Positions 25,711 to 40,200 of a stretch of DNA of 64,000 nucleotides are shown one piece after another. The position numbers and the translations under genes are program-made. How positions within the stretch are numbered: position 1 is the first letter of the stretch; the number at the start of each line of letters is the position of its first letter. The notes under the pieces are model-generated. The model was not told where the DNA came from. It ran no database searches and saw only the letters and a list, made by a program, of their open reading frames with translations. Source of the stretch: Lama guanicoe. Its lineage: Eukaryota. The stretch spans positions 2,840,161-2,904,160 of the forward strand of contig MU054323.1 in NCBI GenBank assembly GCA_013239625.1, read 5' to 3'.

Positions 25711-26834
25711 AATAGAAGTAAAGGCAAAAATAAATTAAATTAAACTTATAAGCTTTTGCACAGCAAAGGAAACCATAAGCAAAATAAAATGACAACCTAT
25801 AGAATGGGAGAAAATATTTGCAAAAGATGAGACTGTCAAGAGCTTAATTTCCAGAATATATAAACAGCTCATACTAGTTAATAATTAAAAAAACAAACAA
25901 CCCAGTTCAAAAATGGGCAGAAGTCCTAAATAAGTAATTCTCCAATGAAGACATACAAATGGCCAATAGGCACATAAAAAATGCTCGATATCGCTAATTA
26001 TCAGAGAAATGTAAATCAAAATTACAATGAGGTATCACCTCACAACAGTCAGAATGGCCATAATTTAAAAGTCCACAAATGATAAATGCTAGAGAGAGTA
26101 TGGAGAAAAGGGAACCCTCCTACATTACTGGGAATGTAGTTTGGTGTAGCCATTATGGAAAACAGCATGGAGATTCCTCAAAAGACTAAAAATAGACTTA
26201 CCATATGATCCAGCAATCCCACTCCTGGGCATATATTCAGAAGGAACTTTAATTCAAAAAGATATATGTACCTCAATGTTAACAGAGCACTATTTACAAT
26301 AGCCAAGACATGGAAACAAACTAAATGTCCATTGACAGATGACTGGATAAATAAGTTGTGGTATATTTATACAATGGAATACTACTCGGCCATAAAAATA
26401 TAAAATAATACCATTTACAGCAACATGGGTGGGCCTGGAGATTGTCATTCTAAATGAAGTAAGCCAGAAAGAGAAAGAAAAGTACCATATGATATCACTT
26501 ATATGTGGAATCTAAAAAAAAGACAAATGAACTTATTTACAAAACAAAAACAGACTCACAGACATAGAAAACAAACTTATGGTTACCCAGGGGAAGCGGG
26601 TGGGTAGGGACAAATTGGGGGTTTGAGATTTGCAGATACTAACCACTATACATAAAATAGATAAACAACAAGTTTCTTCTTTTAGCACAGGGAACTATAT
26701 TAAACATCTTATAGTAACACACAATGAAAAAGAATATGTAATCAAATATATGTATGTGTATGTATGACTGAACTGTTATGCTGTACACCATAAATTGATA
26801 CAACATTGTAAACTGACTGTATTTCAATAAAATA
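25711..26834 (+). mobile_element. 5'-truncated cetartiodactyl L1 (ORF2 C-terminus + 3'UTR) with ~19-bp TSD, inserted in an older L1M 3' end
   Basis: Clear L1 sequence (gcttttgcacagcaaaggaaacc...ccatatgatccagcaatcccactcctgggcatat...aataaa). TSD aaaaagcaaccacttctgc (25692-25710) / aaaaagtagccacctctgc (26835-26853). Confidence 0.92.
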
Positions 26835-27683
26835 AAAAAGTAGCCACCTCTGCTGGCAGGTTTTGAGGGAGGGGATTGGTTGGAAGGGGACATAAGGGAA
26901 CTTTCGGTGGTGAAGACTACATCCTGTAACTTGTTTTGAGGGATGATCACACAGTTGTGTCTATGTAGATAAAGCCTACCGTTCTCCTCCTGTATCAGGG
27001 GAGACCAGCTCTTTCCTTCTCCTTTGAGTCTTTCCTCTGAGTGCCTCCTTTACTACCTTCACAAAACACTCACACCCATCCCCACAGAGTCGATCAATTT
27101 CTTCTTCATTTCCAAATTTTACTTTGGACATTTCTCCTACATACCACTGGTTTTACACTGCACAACAACTAATTGTTTGATTGTTGTCTTTATTCTCTTT
27201 GATTCCCATTCCTCAGCTCCTTATCTTCCTCCATTCCTCCCACAGGCAACTCTGTGTTAGCTCTATGTCTTTACAAAGCATCCATGTTGCTATGTTGCAG
27301 CTAACTTGTTACTTGTAACAGATTACTCATAATATTCTAAAGTGAACACAGCCACCACACTTTATCCATATATTCTCCAAGTGATACACAACTAGAATGC
27401 CATCAGCTCTTTACCGCCATATGAAGGCGGCAATGAACACACCTGTCAATGTTTCTTTCTTCTGTAAATTGGCTGTAATTTGGTCTGCTAAGGGTACATA
27501 TACTCCAGAGAGACTGATAGAAAGAAATGTCTCATTTTTCACATCAGACATCCCACCTTTTTCTTCATTCTGATTAATAAATTATTATCTGTTTGATACA
27601 TATTTTTTTAGGTTAGTTAGCATGTTGAATCTCCCAAGCTGATTAACTGGTTAACTCAAGTTTTTGCACCTGCAGAGCAGAGA

Positions 27684-27700
27684 CCCCCCCCCCCCCCCCC
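27684..27700. repeat. Poly-C homopolymer (17 nt)
   Basis: Read directly from the sequence. Confidence 0.9.
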
Positions 27701-30700
27701 ATCTGTTCTCTGTTTGACATCTCTTTAATTTTATTAGTGGCTCATGGACAAAATCACTTGACTCAAACTTTTTCAAGTTTAAGTTATTTGGATTCACCAG
27801 AGCATTTTTTCCCTGCTATAAATCAATAAACCCAGTCAAGATTAACTACCTACACGTGAACTTCAAAAGATCCTCTGTGGCCAGAGTTGAAAGAAACACA
27901 TAATTCCGTAACACACTAAATACAAGCTGATCAAAGTTATTGGACCTGGTTACTTAATGCTGTGCTTCCTCACTGACATACACTCTGATTTCAAGTAGCT
28001 TAAATCTAAAACATGTATTACTAGATCTCAGAAACTTCCATTGGGAAAAAAAAGAATCATTTCTGTATCCTGACCAGTCAACATGTGTATTTAGACAAGT
28101 CTATATTAAACTCTGGGCTAAAGAAAAATTCTGAACCTAATTTGTAAAATTCCATATGCTTTAGGAATTAAAGCAAAAAGAAAAGAAACATAGCTAATGA
28201 ACAATTTCAAACAAGAGCAATTTATATATAGAATAATCATGGAGTCCTGGAAGGAAAAGGCACCATAAATCCTTAGATATGATGGAGCAAGGAGGAGCTT
28301 GTTTAAGCCTATGGTATTTAGAGGAGGTGCCAAGGGGCAGTTACTTGAGAGTTGAGGAGACCGAAAGGGTGTGATTCACCAAAGCAGCCCTCTTTTTTGT
28401 TGTATATTTTTAAATTGTCTGCTTTTATATAAGAGATGATTTGGTTAAAAACAAATTCTCCTCCTTAAAAAGAAATTGCAAGTCACTGATCTAGCCCAGT
28501 CTCACACAAATCAGTTCCTTCTATGGCATCGTTGACAGGCAGTAATCCAACATCGGCTTGAACACTGCTGCCATCGTGAGCGCACTGACCTGAAGTCGCT
28601 CGTTGCCATGTTGAGTATCTCCAGTTCTTGGGAAGCTCCCCTTCTGGTGTGCTAGGTTTTACCGCTCTATAAATTCTACGCCCTGGTTAGGTCCTCTGGG
28701 ATAACACAGAATTTCTAATTGTTACCTCCAGGTCCCTTCAGAACTTGAGGCATGCTATTTTCTTTCACATTACACATTTTTATTTTTACACTTTACGACT
28801 AACTTCAATCTCAAAATCACATTGTCATGCATCTATTCCCCCTTTGTTTATTTCACTTAAACGTAAATGACTGTTTTATTAAACAAAGACTCCAAACAAA
28901 TATTTAGCACATATATTACGTGTAACACACAGGAACAGCTTTTAACAGAAATTCATCGACCCCTGCCCCCAGGTATTTCTTTATTACAAATACAGATATC
29001 AAAACAATCCTGGGTATATTCTGACACCACCAGCAGTCAGCGTAACAGGGTGTGACAACACCCATTGTACCTGCTACTTTAGACAGCTCTTTCACTAAGC
29101 AAGATGGGTAGAACATGACATTTCTGTGTTTCCCTCTTGAGATTTCAACTTTTCAGAGACACACACGTTCCTACGGCCACCTGCCATTTCTCGCCCTGCT
29201 GTCATCTTGTAAACCAAAATTTTATTACAAGTGCTCTAGGTTTAAGCTCAAATGATAATGTCTCAACAAGAGGAAAAAAAATTGTACTGCATTTTCTCCT
29301 AATGTTTGAAAATAAAATAGGCGTGTAAATACTAAATATATTCTTACAAATATCTAGGGCATGTTTACCAGCTAGAATTCTTCTACTTAACGTGCAGCTA
29401 TGTTTCGTTATGTTATTTAATCAAGATATTAACATGAGTAGAAGGCTGTTGATTTAAGACAAGTTTGAGATCCATCAAAATTCAGCGTTGTATTTTGTCC
29501 TTCTAGGGGCCGTAGAAGCCTCATGATTTCTTTAGATCATTAAGACATCTTAGCTCTGGAAGTCTAACTCCAACGCGATACAAATTTTGCCATTTTGCTA
29601 ATGCTGGTGTGTTCTATGTATCCACCATTCCTCAATAATATTAACTTTTGTTACAAATCTAACTGGCAGAGGAGCTTCTGTTTATTTAGGTCCACAGTCT
29701 ACCTCCAGGCTATATATTCTGTTTTCATAATCCGTCTGTGGAGACAGCCGTCTCTTCCTGTGAAGTGAACTATTAATATGTCTGCTTTGTGCTGGCCAAC
29801 CAGTTCCACGCCCTTAGAACACAGAGCTTTTAAGATCACCAGTGGAATATTATATTCTCTCCACATTAGCTGCTCCCTTACCTTTGCCATCATTACAGCT
29901 TAGAGTTTGGCCATTTTCTTTCTGTCTTAGAGTCTCTGCTATACAAATGTGCATCTTGACCGTCTGGATCATGGCTTGCTTTCTTATTTTGATACCTCCA
30001 GAGCATAAGCCCAACAGACTATACGAGGCACTCACCCTAGATTCACTGGTAATTAAATTAAAAGCAAGATATATGTTTTTTCCACACTACAACTAAAAGA
30101 TGATAGGCAATAAAAACAGACTCTAAAATCTGAGCCTTAAATAAGCCTATTGGCCACAAACAGAAACCCTCGCCTTTCCAAAATTCATACTCTGGCCCCT
30201 TCAAAACTACCTTTTCTTCAAGACGTGCAGAAAAGTCAGGAAGGCCAGCTGGGGACTATGATGAGGAGTGTTTTCAGAATGTGTTCCCCATCAACACAAG
30301 CCAAACTGAGGAACTGTAAGTCAGTGAAAACCTGGCCATATAATCCCATTGGAAAGATCGAGAACTCTGAAAGTGTCCACTCACAAGAATGGGCCCCTGT
30401 GGGGACAGAGAGCCAGCCCTGCGGAGTGCTGTGCCCAGCAGACTCATCTGAGGAATCAGGATCGTATGCCAAGACAGGTGGGAAAATAGAGAGTAGGTGT
30501 TCGACTCCTGGTAAACCCTGCTGGACGAAGGAAAAGTACAGCTATCCAGCTGATTGTGGGCGGTGAAATTATGAGAAAGTCAGAAACAAAATCAGACTGT
30601 TTGAAGTCATAGGCAGGAGGGACTCTTGGAGAAAGAAGGTGTGAGCTTCATAAAAAAGCCAAAGGTAAAGGAAACAAATTATACCCCGGAAAACGGCACT

Positions 30701-30806
30701 TTGCTCCTTCCACTTTGCAAATGTTGGCAGACTAGAGTGTTAGAAAATGAAATCCCAACTCAGCCCATAGTAACTTTCCAACCCCGGATCCACAGAACAA
30801 ACCTGC

Positions 30807-30808
<2 letters not shown>

Positions 30809-30854
<46 letters not shown>
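30809..30854. repeat. (CA)n microsatellite with one interruption
   Basis: Read directly from the sequence. Confidence 0.95.
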
Positions 30855-30959
30855 TTCTGCTTAATTCGAAAAGAAGCCTGCCAAGACTGAGTGAAAAACA
30901 TCCTCAAATGCCTTGAGGAGGCAGCTCTCGGTCTGTGACTGGGGACCTAGCATTTGGTA

Positions 30960-32000
30960 GCAGATGCTGAGCAAAACCACCAGCAGCAACTTCACCTCTC
31001 GCTTCACTGAATTTCATTCATGTCCGTGGCTTCCGTTCCCACTCACGTAGCCATAGTTATCAAGATTACATGTCCAGCCATGACCTCTCCCCTAAGCTGC
31101 AGTCTCATGTATCCAAATGCCTACCCTATGTCTGCACAGAGACGGCCCCAGGGCATCTCAATATCCACACGTGCAAAACGAACCTGGTCTTCTTCCAGGA
31201 TTCCTTATTTCAGGAAACGGTACACTCATCTATTTCACTGTGCAAGCCAAAAACCCTAGTCACTTTTGATGCATCTTATTATACATAAACATGTAAGGAC
31301 AGTGAAGTGTTGTCTGTCCTTACCAAGTCCTCCATTCTGTCCACTTGTATTCATTTTTTTTTCCACTACTGCCTTAGTCTTTCTCAGCTACCATCATATT
31401 TCACCTTGACTCTTATTCTAGTCTCCTAACAGGTATCCCACATCCACTCTTACCATTCCAAACTGTCCCCTACACTGAGCTTTTAAAATCCTTTCATGTT
31501 TTCTCATTGTTCTTAGGCTAAGGGTCAGAATTCTTATTCTGTTCACACAGCCTTCAGCAGTCCAGTCCCGGGCTGCCCTCGCAACTCCAGCAGGTACCAC
31601 CCTACTTCTTAGTCTAACCTCACACCACATAATTTCTTTCAGCTCTCAGAACACATTGCTTCCTCCTGTAATGGAGACATTGCTGGAGCAACTGCTTCTT
31701 CTTGGAGTTCTCTTCTGAGCTGATCCATGCTCACTCTTCAGCTATCAACTTAAATGTCACCTCCTTAGGGAAGCCTTCATGACACTCAGACTGGATTGGA
31801 TTCCCCCATTTTATGCCATCATGGCACTCAATATCTTTCCTTTCTAACACTTGTCACAGTGGTGATTTTGTATCTGAACACATGTCCTTTTGTTTCAAGC
31901 CTCTCTTCCCTTCCAGACAGACTATAAGTCCCATAGGTGCAGGAACCATTGCTGGTTCCCGGGACCCAGATGCTGCCCAAGTCATGGGTATCCAATGAAC
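30960..32000 (+). mobile_element. L2 LINE, ~1 kb of 3' region
   Basis: tgacctctcccctaagctgcagtctcatgtatccaaatgcctac...tcaacttaaatgtcacctccttagggaagcctt...agactataagtcccataggtgcaggaaccat. Confidence 0.8.
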
Positions 32001-33139
32001 ATTTTCCCACTGTGTTAAGGAATACATGGAAACTGATATCCAAAGGCTCCCTGCTTGAGAAAACGCCAGTGCGTTGCTATCCCCTCATTCATTCCTGTAG
32101 CATCTCGTGTTTGAATACTGGACACCGACTGACTACTTGATTGTAGACTGAGACCATATTGGTGAGCTGAGCAGCAGTTTGATCTGTGTACATTAATTCT
32201 GTCCTCCACCCACTTAGGCCGGGGGGTGCACTAGCTCGGTGGGTAATAATCTAACTTTCTCCAGCATACGCCTCTTATAAGTCCAGCTGTGTCAATGCAG
32301 TCAAGCCGCAGAGTGAGCCAGAGCCCTAGGTGGCCAGCACCTCATGCCTAAGCTTAGGGAGGTCACGGTGGCCTTGGCCTGGAAGGAAGGAAGGGGGACT
32401 CGAGCTCCTCACCTGCCTCAAGAGCCAGGCCAACTACCCCTGAGCCTTGGAGCATCCACACTTGGGAAGACGTGAAGGAGTGACCTGGTCACGTGGGTCA
32501 GAAGTCAGCCTCGAGAGGGCACAAGATCCACTCTGCCCAAGAAGGGCAGGACTCATGATTTCTCACTTGGCACCCCTCACGACGAGCTACCTCCTCTGTG
32601 AGGATTCCCCCTGCCACACCATGACAGGAAACTACCTGGACCACTTTGACCACCATCTTTCTGATATAAAGGAGTTTGGACAAGTACCGTCTCAAGGAAC
32701 TTCTTAAGCTGAGTATAAAATAGGTTCACCTGATAACTACACCATCTTTTACATGAGGAATATTTAAAGACTCAAGTGTCTAGGCTGGACTGAGATAAGA
32801 ACCCAGAAAATGCATGAAAAGATCCAAATGACTAGTGTCTGCAAATGAATCCCAAAAATATTTTTTACATTCTTTTGGTATGTCTAGGTCTGATGGAATC
32901 AGGAAAACCAGATGTTACAAGAGGGAAGGGGGAAAAAAAACACTACCACAAAACAAATTTTCTGACGATTTTACAAAAACAAAAATGAAATTAGATCATT
33001 CATTTTTCAAAATTCCAGAGTGCCAATTCTGATCTAAGTGGGTCTGCTTATCTGAAATTATACAATGAGCATGGCTAATGCCAAATCCCTCTTCCACAGA
33101 AGACTTGGAGAGCTTTGTTTCATCTTTGTAATAATATTA

Positions 33140-33350
33140 ACTAATTTAGTGGAACACTTTAGAATGTAAAAATCATAGTCATATGTCTTATCTCACTGGA
33201 GTCATTCAAAATCCTGAGAGGGTGTGTGGGCTTGTTTTATTGCCATATTAATAGTGCAGTTGAGGAAACTGGGACTCAGAGAAGTTTACAAAAGATAGGT
33301 ATTATGATCATACCTCAGACTTAAAAGCCAAATCCAGTCCTTTTTCCATT
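33140..33350 (-). mobile_element. MIR fragment
   Basis: gcagttgaggaaactgggactcagagaagtt core. Confidence 0.6.
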
Positions 33351-33842
33351 ACTCCACACCGCAGTTTTCTATCATTTTTTGAATTGTACCATTTAAAAAT
33401 AGCGATTGATTGAAGTAAAAAAAAGATCTGTCAAATACGTACATGAATGTTGTGAAGATAAACGATGGTTTATCAAAGTTACCAATAAAGATTTTCAATA
33501 TTCTGTATTTTTTCACTGTTTTATAACATAGCGTTGATTTGGTCCACATAGAACATAAGAAAAACAACAACTCCTGCTAAGGAAATGTGAGCTATGAAAC
33601 CTAAATCCGGTATGTTTCTCCTTCTGTGTGTTTGGGAGATAAGTTAATAGTTCCCGGCCAGTAAGTTTCTATTTTGGTGCATTCAAAAAGGTCACGCCAC
33701 TGTTTTCATTTTAAGCTGAACCTCTGCATTTTCATTTTTTAAAGGGTTTTTATTTATCGAGCAACTGATCAAAAAATAGTTACTCTCAGTCCCACGCTGG
33801 AATCTGAGACCGACAGGGATGGATAAGATACATTGTACTCAC

Positions 33843-33935
33843 CGGTTGTGTAGAATGGCGTGCGAGGCTGGATACACCAGAAGCCAGCAGCACACAGCAG
33901 GTCCGGGTACCAACATTTCAGGCCATCAATGCTGA
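33843..33935 (-). CDS. Candidate 93-nt phase 1-1 exon (xSIDGLKCWYPDLLCAAGFWCIQPRTPFYTT); may be 5'UTR in some transcripts
   Basis: Minus strand: branch-like gctgact, pyrimidine tract ctctccctctcccctccctatag| ... CAACCG|gtgagt. Length divisible by 3, only one frame stop-free, CpGs retained in exon and flanks. Confidence 0.65.
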
Positions 33936-35819
33936 CTATAGGGAGGGGAGAGGGAGAGTGGATAGTCAGCAAAAGATGCGTGAGAGAGGAACTAAAGGCT
34001 ACTTGTACAAGTTAGAATCTCAGTTACTCGCTGACAGAGAACTGAAGTGCAAATACATAACCCTGACACTGGACTTGGGCCCTCAGGTCTGTTTCGCCCC
34101 CCTTGTTGGTATTTCTGCTGTTTCCCTTTCCTATCTAGAGGACCGCTAAGGGCTACAGAAAATGCCCTTGGACATGATTCTTTTTAATTGGTTGATTATA
34201 AGACATTCTTCTTATATTACAATACCTCTACTTCCAAAGTCCACCGATTTTTATCTTCTCATTCATTCTCCCCATCATGCCCCAAAAGTGGGGCAAAGCA
34301 GGTCTCTTCCTGTGGGGAAGCTGACCTCCTGGGGCTGTGCATCTGCATGTTGTCACTGGGGAAACAGGCCCCCGTCTTGCCTTCTTTCTACTCTGGGCTT
34401 CTGCTCCACACTTTCATTTGGCTTCTTTTATTATAATGCCCTGTTACTCATTCATTCTAATGTTCCTTTACCCACTTTTCAATGGTGGAAAATATAAGAC
34501 AGGGACCCAGCTAAACATCATACAAAATTGATCTTAGAACCTTGAAATTTAGTGCAAAAGCCTAGCAGTTTCTCCCAGGCTCACATGCAAAATAAAAAAT
34601 CTTTGTTCCCAGCCACATGACCATCTTATCCAAAATCTTAATTCTAGAGCAGTTCCAACACAGCTGGACTGGTTCAAGGCTTGGAAGAATTCATTCATAG
34701 TGCCTGGCATTGCCAGATTTGGGCCATCTATTCAGGGGTAAGACAAGTACTGGATGTTATCTGGAGTGGAGAGCTTCCCTCAGAGCCACCCAGTTTCACA
34801 GGCTAGTTAGAGCCCAGTTTAGCTCAAGGCTAAATTTCTGCAGCATCTTTTATTCTTTTTCCTCCAACAAACACCTCCCAGGGACATGCCTGGGGGAGGA
34901 AAGTGTGAACAGCACTTCCCACTTCTCAGCTCGTCAGGAATTCCACCCCAAGAGACAACCCCTGGTTAAAGGCCAGCCTGAGTGGGAGGGCACTGTTTCT
35001 TATCTGTATCTCCTTTATTTCCATCAAACCTATTAAGCCAAATATTTTCCCACCACCAGAAGTCCTGATTTCCAGCGAATGGCCCCATATGCCCCAGAAA
35101 ATTGTCTTCACTTGGCCTCTTAGCTGGTTACCCAGTGACATCTGCCTCCAATCAGCACACATCCCTTCCTCTATTTGATGAAATTCTGCCTGCCTCCCAC
35201 TAGGGAATTGATGAAGGTCCCCGGAAGGTAACCCTGTCTCTCCCTGTCTAAACATTTGGGGCAAGTCACTCTAAGAATTTTGCATTTCTCACTCCACAGT
35301 TGATCTCTCTCTTCTTTTTGCCCTCTTAGCCCCTGCTGCTTACTAGGTGGGACAGAAGCCCTTCGTGCTGCTGACTTCACTTGCTTCCAAAGGGAATATC
35401 ACAAACCCTTTCTCAGGAACTTGCTGTGGGAACTGGACATCTGAAGCCACTGGATTGGACCTGGACTAGCAATCTTCACCCTCCCTTCTAAGAACTGCCC
35501 CCCATGTCCAGGAAATCACCACCACAATCTAGAATACTTACTCTCCTTTTAAAGGAGATCCTGATTCCATGTTTTCTCAACCAGCTCCTCAAGCACATGT
35601 ATAAGTAACCTCCCATGCCCCTTTCCCCCCAGGTGACACAATTTAAACTTAATGTGCAAAATGAGTTTTGTGTGCACAAGGGGCTATCAAATTGTGGCTT
35701 TGTAATGGGTAAAACAACTTCCCTGAATCCATGTATCTCTGTATCTGTGAGTGTGTGCACGCGTGTACACTAATTTGTACGATGAAAGTATTAACTGGGT
35801 CAGTCCCCTCAATTACTAA

Positions 35820-36360
35820 AGTCCAAATATCTTCATCAGAGCTAACAAGTCTTACATGATCTAGTTTCTCCTCACCTCCAGATTCAAATTTCCACCCTTC
35901 CTCACCAACTGTGATTTGTCAACCCCAACCATACTGAACAACCAATAATTTCCTGAAGCCTTCAATACCTGGATCATTGCACATGCTGTCTATCTGCCCA
36001 GAATGCTCCCTACCCCTACCCCACCCCAATCTTATCTGCCTCGTACATTTTTAATCGACCATTAGCTCCTAGTTGGAAGTAACAGATCTCTGATCCCTGG
36101 ATCAGCCACTGGCCTCTATTCTGTTCTCCTGTAATTCCTAATAATTCCTAATTCTCCCAATAATTCCTGCCCTGAGCCCCAGAGAAGTACTTGTCACAGT
36201 ATATTAAGACAGTGTGTTCACTTACCTGTCTCTCCTTGAGGAAGGGAACTATGATTTACTACTACTGTATCTGCAGTGTCTTGCACAGTGTCTACCTGGC
36301 ACACAACAAATATTCAAAAAATATTTATTGAATGAAGGAATGATTGAATCAAATAATTAA
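35820..36360 (+). mobile_element. L2 3' end
   Basis: ttgcacatgctgtctatctgcccagaatgctcc...cctggcacacaacaaatattcaaaaaatatttattgaatgaagg. Confidence 0.75.
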
Positions 36361-37124
36361 CCAACAGGCTTTATACAGAGGACTTGAGTAGAGAGCGTGG
36401 TTCTTACTCTTCTATAACAATGTGGATACTACATTTTAATCCCTGCTAGGATCATGGTGTCTGCAAAGAATGAAGTTCAAAGGTGCTCACCTAAGCACCG
36501 TGTGTTTCCTTAAGGACAGGACAGCAATATTCCTTTTATTTCCCTCGTTTTTAACTTTAACACGTTTTGAATTACACATGTGTAGCATATAATAAGCATG
36601 AGAATAAAGGCTGACCCCAAAGCCACAGACTTGCCCTTGCGAGTACTCCACATTTTCCCACTGCACTTTCCTCCATTCTTCTGTCTCCCAGGATGGAAAA
36701 CATAGTTTCTTCTTCATCTCTGCTCTTTCATCTGGTTCAGCTATATTTTTCCTCTTCAGATCTCTAGTAATCTCTCCTCCCTGCATTTTTCTAAAGCCAC
36801 CACTCTAGACAGATTCTTACTAGTTTTTTAATTGGACATCCACATTAATTAATTGATTCAGTCATTCCTTCTTTCAACCTAAATATTTACAGAATATCTG
36901 CTATATCCCAGGAAGTCACTGTGCAAGCGCCCTAACTTGCTTCCAGCCTTGGTCCTTCCACCCGTCTGACATACACCACCAGACCAAGCTATCCGAATAC
37001 CAATTTCACAGTATCCAATCCGTTCTAAAGAGATCAAATCATAGCTTAAGTTGCCCACACTATATGACAATAATTAAAAGCCAAAATAGATGTTTGATTA
37101 GCTATTCACAAGAAACCAGAGAGC

Positions 37125-37295
37125 AGTAATTAGTTAAATGGTATGGACTTTTTTTTGAGGTGGTGAAATGTTCTAAAACTGACTGTGGTGATGGTTGCAC
37201 ATACATATGAGTATATTAAAAATTACTGAACTGCACAATTTAAATGGATAAATTGTCTGGTATGTGAACTGTACCTCAATAAAACTGTTTAAATA
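37125..37295 (+). mobile_element. Short L1MB-type 3' end
   Basis: ggtgaaatgttctaaaactgactgtggtgatggttgcac...tatgtgaactgtacctcaataaaactgttt. Confidence 0.8.
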
Positions 37296-40200
37296 ATTAA
37301 GGAGAAAGTAAGACATTCCCAGATAAATAAAAACTGAGAGGGTTCATTACTAGTAGATGTGCTCTACAAGAAATGCTGAAAGAAAGGAGTCCTTCAGGAT
37401 GAAACAAAAGGACAACAGAAAGTAATTTGAATCCCCATGGAGAAATAAAGAACAGAACAGTAGAAAAGTAACTACATAAGAAAATAGAGAAGTTAGTATT
37501 AATGTATTTTTGGTTTGTAACTTCTTTTTTCCTGTGTAATTTAAAACACAATTGCATAAAACAATAATTATAAATCTATGTCGGTGGGCACACAATGTAT
37601 AAAGATATAATTAAATGGGGAACAAAGTGACACAAAAGCAGTTTTATGTACTATTGAAACTACATTGGTACTTATCTGAACTAGATTGTTAAAAATTAAG
37701 ATATTAATTGCAATCCCTGTGGCAACCTTTAAGACAATAACAAAAAATACATAGTAAAAGAAATAAGGAGGCAATCAAAATGGTATGCTACTAAATATCA
37801 ATTTAACACAAAAGAAGGCGGTAAAGGAGGAATTAAAAAACAAAAAATATATATACAATATAAAGAAAAAATATAGCAAATTGGCTGAAGCAAGTTCTAC
37901 CTTTACAAAGACTGCATTAAATGTAAATGACTCAAATTCTCTGATTAAAAGGCAGAAATTGGCAGGATGGGTTTTAAAAACATTATCTAAGAATATGCTA
38001 TCTACAAAGAGGTTCACTTTAGATCCAAAGCACAAATAATTTGATGTGAAAGGGCAGAAAAAGATATTCCATGCAAACAATAACTAATAGAGAGCTTGAA
38101 TGGCTATATGAATAACAGACAAAATAGACTTTAAGCCAAAAATTGTTACAAGAGGTAGAGACAGGTATTACATAATAACAAAAGGGTCAATACATTCTGA
38201 GAGTATAAAAATAATAAACATACACACCTAACTACAGAGCCTCAAAATATGCAAGGCAAACATTCAAAGAACTGAAGAGAAAAATAGACAATCCTACAGT
38301 GATAGCTAGAAACTTCAATACCATGATTTCAATAATGAATAAAACAAACAGAAAATCTGAGAATAGAGGACTTGAAGTACATTGTAATCAACTAGACCTA
38401 AAAGATACCTACAGAATACTCAACCCAACCACAATAGAATACACATTCTTATTAAACACACATGAAACATTCATTCTCCAGGATAAAACATATGTTTGGT
38501 CTCAAAACAAATCTCAATAAATTTAAAAAGACTAGGATTCATACAAACCATCTTCTTTGGCTGCACTGGAATGAAACTAGAAATCAATTACAGAAGGAAA
38601 ACTGGAAATTCCACAAATGTGTGGAAATTAAACAACATATTCTTAAACAACCAATGGGCCAAAAAAGAAATCACAAGGGAAATTAGAAAATATTTTGATA
38701 TAAATGTATATGAAAACATAATATATCAGAACGATGGGATACAGTAAATGCAGTGCTCAGAGGGAAATCTATAGCTGCAAATGTCCACATTTAAAAAGAA
38801 AGAAGACCTCAAGTCAATGATTTAACTTCACACCTTAAAGAACTAGAAAAAAAAAGAGCAATCTAAATCCAAAGCTAGGACAAGGAAGGAAGTTTTAAAG
38901 ATAAGAGTGAAGGTACATGAAAAAGAGAACAGAAAAAAAATGCAATTGATGAAAACAAATGGTTCTTTGGGAAAAAAATGACAAATCTTTAGTTTGATAA
39001 ACCAAGAAAAAAGAGAGAAGACTCATACTATTAAAATCAGGAATGAAAGTAGGGACATTACTAACAACCATACAGAAAAATAATTATGAGAAAATACTAT
39101 GAATAATGGTATAACAGCAAATGAGATAACCTAGAGAAATGACAAATTCCTAGAAACACACAGATTACCAAAACTGACTCACAGAGACACAGAAAATTTG
39201 AACAGATACATCACAAGTAAAGAGGTTGCATCAGCCATCAAAAACCTTCCAAAAAGAAAACCCCAGGACCAAATGGTTTCATTGGTGGATTCTACCAAAG
39301 ACTGAAAAAAAGAATTAACATCAATCCTACTCAAATTCTTCCAAAAATTGGAAGAGGATGGAACACTTCCTAAGTCATTCTATGAGGCCAGTACGACCCT
39401 GATACCAAAACCAGACAAAGACATCACAAGAAAAGACAACTACAGACCAATATCCTTGATGAATATAGATATAAAAATCCTCAGCAAATGCTAGCAAACC
39501 GAACCCACTAAAAGGATTTTACACCATGACCAAGTTGTATTTATTCCATTATGCAACAGTGGTTCAACATATGAAAAGCAGTTAGGTTAATACACCACAT
39601 TAATAGCGGGGAAACCCACATGATTATGTTAATGAGGCAGGAAAAGCATTTTACGAAATCCAGCACCTTCCATGATAAAAAAAAAATCACTCAACAAACT
39701 AGGAATACAAGGGAACTTTGCCAATATAATAAAAGGCAGTGATCAAAAACCCAGAGCAAACATTATACTTAATGGTAAAAGACAAAAACCTTCCCTCCAA
39801 GATTAGAGACAAGAAAAGGATGTCTGCTTTCACCACTGTTACTCAACACTGTACCAGAGGGTCTAGCAGGGGCAATTACGTAAGAAAAGGAAAAGTCATC
39901 CTAATTGGAAAGACAAATATAAACCTGTCTCTATTTGCAGACAATATGATGTTATACATTGAACACCCTAAAAAGCCCACACTCAAAAACACTATCAGGA
40001 CTAATAAGCAAGTTTAGCACAGCGGCAGAACACACAATCAACATACAAAAATCAGCCGCATTTCTACATACCAGCAATGAGCAATCCAAAATTGAAATGA
40101 AGAAAACAATTCCATTTACAATAGTATCAAAAAGAATAAACGCTCACAAATAAATTTAACCAAAGAGGTATAAGACTTACACACTGAAAATATCAAAATA

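Noticed and set aside
37775..40153. ORFs with endonuclease/RT-like peptides
   Set aside because: Fragments of a decayed L1 ORF2, not a host gene or active element.
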